This document shows positions 62,208-64,000 of a DNA stretch of 64,000 nucleotides, in pieces. The position numbers and the translations under genes are program-made. The stretch covers positions 800,001 to 864,000 of the forward strand of contig CBDBCZ010000019.1 in assembly GCA_965203295.1 (NCBI GenBank), given 5' to 3'. The notes beneath the pieces were generated by a model. That model did not search any database, was not told where the DNA came from, and worked only from the letters and a program-made list of their open reading frames with translations. The stretch comes from Nitrospirales bacterium (GTDB taxonomy: Bacteria; Nitrospirota; Nitrospiria; Nitrospirales; UBA8639). Numbering within the stretch: position 1 is the stretch's first letter; every line of letters starts with the position of its first letter.

Positions 62208-62822
62208 TTAATGCCCGTGATCAGAGAGGACATCAAGAAAACCAGGAGCTAACACTCGACTTTGCATCGCGAGGTACCCGCGTTCCCGGAATCCATCGTA
62301 TGTTAGATTGATCTCAGTTTCCATCCCCCGCCAAAAGTATTGTTGGTTTAACCCTCTGACCATCGCACCTCGTCTGAGATCGATTTTCCCAAAGGCCGAC
62401 TCTAAGAATTTGACGATCTTGGAATGAGTTTGCTCGCCGCGGTAGCGAATCAGGACGCGGGCCAACTGTTGGTCGATAGCCAACAGCTTTACGGATTCAA
62501 CTGAAATTTCTCCCAAACGTGCAGGCTCCTCGACGAAGACATAGGTTTGAATATGCTCACTTTGGTCAACGAGGACGAGATTGGGGAGTGTATTCAGGGC
62601 AGTTCCCCAGTGAATTCCTTGAAATCCCTGTGGATCATTTTCCATGACGCTGGCTTGTGCAGAATCGCAGTGAACGACCCACTCAACCAACAATAGAAGA
62701 ATTCCTAAAAAAATCAGAGGGGAAGCAATCAACAGAGAAGACGAATTTCTTATATTTTTCATGGAAAATGAAAATGCCATTAGACGAAAGGAAAAAGCAA
62801 ATCTCATGGTGAGAAACATCAT
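62208..62822 (-). CDS. Exported hypothetical protein (true start probably downstream)
   Basis: Signal/TM segment followed by DPQGFQGIHWG globular domain. Confidence 0.7.
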   Translation of the reverse strand: MMFLTMRFAFSFRLMAFSFSMKNIRNSSSLLIASPLIFLGILLLLVEWVVHCDSAQASVMENDPQGFQGIHWGTALNTLPNLVLVDQSEHIQTYVFVEEPARLGEISVESVKLLAIDQQLARVLIRYRGEQTHSKIVKFLESAFGKIDLRRGAMVRGLNQQYFWRGMETEINLTYDGFRERGYLAMQSRVLAPGFLDVLSDHGH

Positions 62823-62878
62823 TGACGGACTTCTTGCTCAGACTGTTGCAAGAAGATATAGACCTTTGTAGGTCTCTT

Positions 62879-63820
62879 TTAGGAGAGAACAGAAGAGAAC
62901 ACAGGAGATTCGTGATGGCTCGCCTTAACGGGGTTAAGACGGGTACTGGCAGGTTCCTCATTGCCATTGGCGCAGAGGAGTGTCCACGCAGCAGGATGGT
63001 CGAGGATGGTCGTCAGTAATTCAGTATGAAGATTATGCCCCGATCTATCAGCAACTATATGTCCAATAATGTGGATGCCTATTAACGCCAAATCTCCAAC
63101 CAGGTCAAGAATTTTGTGGCGAACACATTCATCAGGAAAGCGAAGGCCGTGTTCATTAAGAATCTCGGTGTCAGAAAAGACCACCGTATTCTCCAAAGAT
63201 CCTCCTCGTGCTAAGCCTCTTGCCCAAAGATCCTCAACCTCATTTGAGAATGCGAAGGTTCGAGCATCAGCGATATTTTTCATATAGGCGGAAACAGACC
63301 ACTCGTGTTCATAGGATTGTTGCTGAATGAGCATATGATTGTAGTCGATAGAATAGCTGATTTTTGGAGTTGGAGAAGGGAGGACTCTTACATTTCTGGC
63401 ACCGTCTTTTACTTCAATGGGTTGTAAGATTTTTAAATAGGCACGTGGGCTCTTTTGTTGAATGATACCCGCAGTTTGAATGGCTTGGATAAAGGGATAG
63501 GCGCTACCATCCATGGCGGGAACTTCGTCACCGTTCAATTCGATATACACATTATCAATTTCCATTCCCCACAATGCCGATAATACGTGTTCTGTCGTTT
63601 GAATTTTAAATCCATTCACCCCGACAGCCGTACACAACTCCATTTGGAGAAGATTGTGAATGGAAGCTTCACAAGTTTGAGCTGCCCCATTCATTTTTCT
63701 GAGAAAAATTATTCCGGTGTTCACTGGGGCAGGATGAAGCTTGAGTGTGCAAGGTTGACCGGAATGCAATCCAATACCTGAAAGGGATACGGAACGACTC
63801 AGTGTATGTTGAAATCCCAT
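62879..63820 (-). CDS. lpxC: UDP-3-O-acyl-GlcNAc deacetylase
   Basis: GIGLHSG, TEHVLSAL, MDGSA, ARTF, HKILD, GH. Confidence 0.95.
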   Translation of the reverse strand: MGFQHTLSRSVSLSGIGLHSGQPCTLKLHPAPVNTGIIFLRKMNGAAQTCEASIHNLLQMELCTAVGVNGFKIQTTEHVLSALWGMEIDNVYIELNGDEVPAMDGSAYPFIQAIQTAGIIQQKSPRAYLKILQPIEVKDGARNVRVLPSPTPKISYSIDYNHMLIQQQSYEHEWSVSAYMKNIADARTFAFSNEVEDLWARGLARGGSLENTVVFSDTEILNEHGLRFPDECVRHKILDLVGDLALIGIHIIGHIVADRSGHNLHTELLTTILDHPAAWTLLCANGNEEPASTRLNPVKASHHESPVFSSVLS

Positions 63821-63863
63821 ATTTTACCTACTTTGATTTGATAAACGCTAAAAAATATAGTAA

Positions 63864-63879
63864 TGCAAAAAAAGGGCCA
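63864..63879 (-). promoter_or_regulatory. Putative sigma54 (-24/-12) promoter of lpxC
   Basis: TGGCCCTTTTTTTGCA on the minus strand is GG-N10-GC with TTGCA; AT-rich region upstream. Confidence 0.55.
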
Positions 63880-64000
63880 CAATAGAAAAATAATAAAAAT
63901 AACGTAACTATTTGAATTGTAAATATATACTTTATTAATATTTTGTCAAATCTCAAAAGAAAAATAAAAATCAACACCAAAAATGATGCATAAAAGACAC

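Noticed and set aside
1..64000. CRISPR array, prophage, transposase or defence system
   Set aside because: No regularly spaced repeats and no cas, phage, integrase or transposase-like ORFs were recognised

Overview
This looks like a core chromosomal segment of a Nitrospira/Nitrospirales-like chemolithoautotroph (inferred from gene content, not from a marker search). From left to right it holds: the five-subunit 2-oxoacid:ferredoxin oxidoreductase operon forDABGE (reverse TCA cycle); a tRNA-Asn(GUU) gene split inside its anticodon (35/36) by a 322-nt group I intron; and a 15-kb minus-strand urea cluster (porin, two urtA, urtBCDE, ureABC, ureFGD). That cluster has no ureE and instead carries an ODP-like di-iron MBL-fold gene plus a coupled small ORF between ureC and ureF. 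Next come an isc Fe-S operon with a divergent ferredoxin, PBP1A, peroxiredoxin/thioredoxin, a PerR-rubrerythrin-FeS oxidoreductase-DUF3501 cluster, and a Topo IV-like A/B pair. The right end has mreB, mlaA, an FG-GAP protein, a POT transporter and lpxC. Three copies of a nested MITE/REP-like repeat are present. At least seven accessory genes carry clear inactivating lesions (short tandem duplications, nonsense transitions, a microhomology deletion) while housekeeping genes are intact, which suggests ongoing genome erosion. All family assignments come from motif recognition by eye; no searches were run.
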